Assembly (NCBI GenBank): GCA_964016885.1
Contig: OZ024745.1
Span: 112,716,001-112,780,000, forward strand
Source of the DNA: Eledone cirrhosa
Lineage: Eukaryota
DNA length: 64,000 bases
Direction: 5' to 3'
Position numbers and translations under genes: made by a program. Shown in pieces: positions 62,761 through 64,000 of the stretch. Below the pieces are notes generated by a model that saw only the letters and a program-made list of their open reading frames with translations, did not search any database and was not told the DNA's origin. The first letter of the stretch is position 1; every line of letters begins with the position of its first letter.

Positions 62761-64000
62761 TTCATATCAAAGAAGCAATCCTGTACACGGTGGTGCGTGG
62801 CGTAATGATAAGTGTGTTGGACTTACGATCATAGTAGATTTGATTCCAGGACTGGGTTGTGTGTTGTGTTCTTGAGCAAATGTGAAATAAAGTGGAACAA
62901 TGTGAAATAAAGTGTCTTGCTCAAGGACACATCGCATCACTCGGTCCAGGAATCGAACTCACAACCTCACGATTGTAAGCCCAATGCTCTAAGCACTAAG
63001 CCATACACCTTCACTTGATGATTCTACGAAGCTCAATTAAGATCCATAATGCAACACTTTCCCACATCTAGGAATTCCAACGACAGGTTGTATACATTGC
63101 ATTACATTTAAATCCTCTCATCTCACTCTCATATAACGAAGCTTACCACTGTTTATAGGCATAGTTTGTGTTTAGTTGATGTTTAGTCGAAAATCAGCCT
63201 TGTATGAAAACACCTATGATTAACAGACATGACCATCGTGATTTTTCCAGACTACATTATCCAATATTTACTTTTGAGATGATACCACGTGGTTTGAAGG
63301 AAACGTCTAGCAGGTCATGTGGGCAGATAGTCTCACTTATTGTTTAGGTTTCATCAGTATCATGGGTTTCCATTCCTTTTCCCAGTTTAACGATCAAACA
63401 AAACAATCAATATTTGATTGCTCGGCCTGTTAACTTTAAGAGCTCCTCTATATTGCCCCTTACAACCCGAACATTTGAAAAAAGTAAAAAAAAACAACAA
63501 ACATAATAATTTAAAGAATATAATGATGTTAATACATTTTTATTTCTCAATGAGAGAAGAGGTTATCTTGAACTTTAGCAGTGGGATATGAAGTATATGC
63601 CATTGAATATACACAGCCGAATTAAGAAAGTAACATCGCCTACAGTATTTTCATTGCAAATCCGCCATGTTAACATATAAGAAGTATACAAAATGAAATA
63701 TAACTAATCAGTAATATAAATACTATAGATATGTGGCTTTTTCATAGGGCTGTGTACGTTTGTAATTCCCGTTGTTAAAATAGCTAGAGACAATATTTGG
63801 TGTTTAGATACATGAACTAAAAACATAACTTTATACCCTTTTGAAAATAGTGGATGACGATACCCCCTTGGTGGTACATGTCTGTAAAACAGAAAAAAAA
63901 AAAAGAGAAACAAATAAATTATGTATGTATAAATTAGTATTGATGCTCTGAAATAGCGATGTATATATGAATGTACGTATAGTATATTTGATAATATACT

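Overview
AT-rich, repeat-dense eukaryotic genomic DNA; the SINE, RTE and microsatellite content suggests a coleoid cephalopod, probably an octopod (inference). Four spliced genes can be assembled by hand with GT-AG, phase-consistent junctions. (1) The last 9 exons of a kynurenine aminotransferase (KYAT1/3-like, +, 976-13911). (2) A complete 10-exon NELF-E (-, 29764-14289, 272 aa), convergent on KYAT with apparently overlapping poly(A) signals. (3, 4) Two tandem, divergent 4-exon FABP/iLBP genes (+, 35745-42759 and 48692-59371). The rest is SINEs, RTE/CR1/CRE LINE fragments, mariner, piggyBac, hAT and Helitron relics, and microsatellites; most ORF-track ORFs are spurious. The most notable observations are: several fold-back (inverted-repeat) elements carrying type I hammerhead ribozyme motifs (Penelope-like), including an intact-looking one in sense in a FABP intron; a FABP paralog whose pocket residues (Lys at CRABP-II R111, Cys at R132, Phe at Y134) resemble the engineered retinal Schiff-base rhodopsin mimics; and a 36 x 33-bp minisatellite built from the segment ending in a LINE RT YADD motif.
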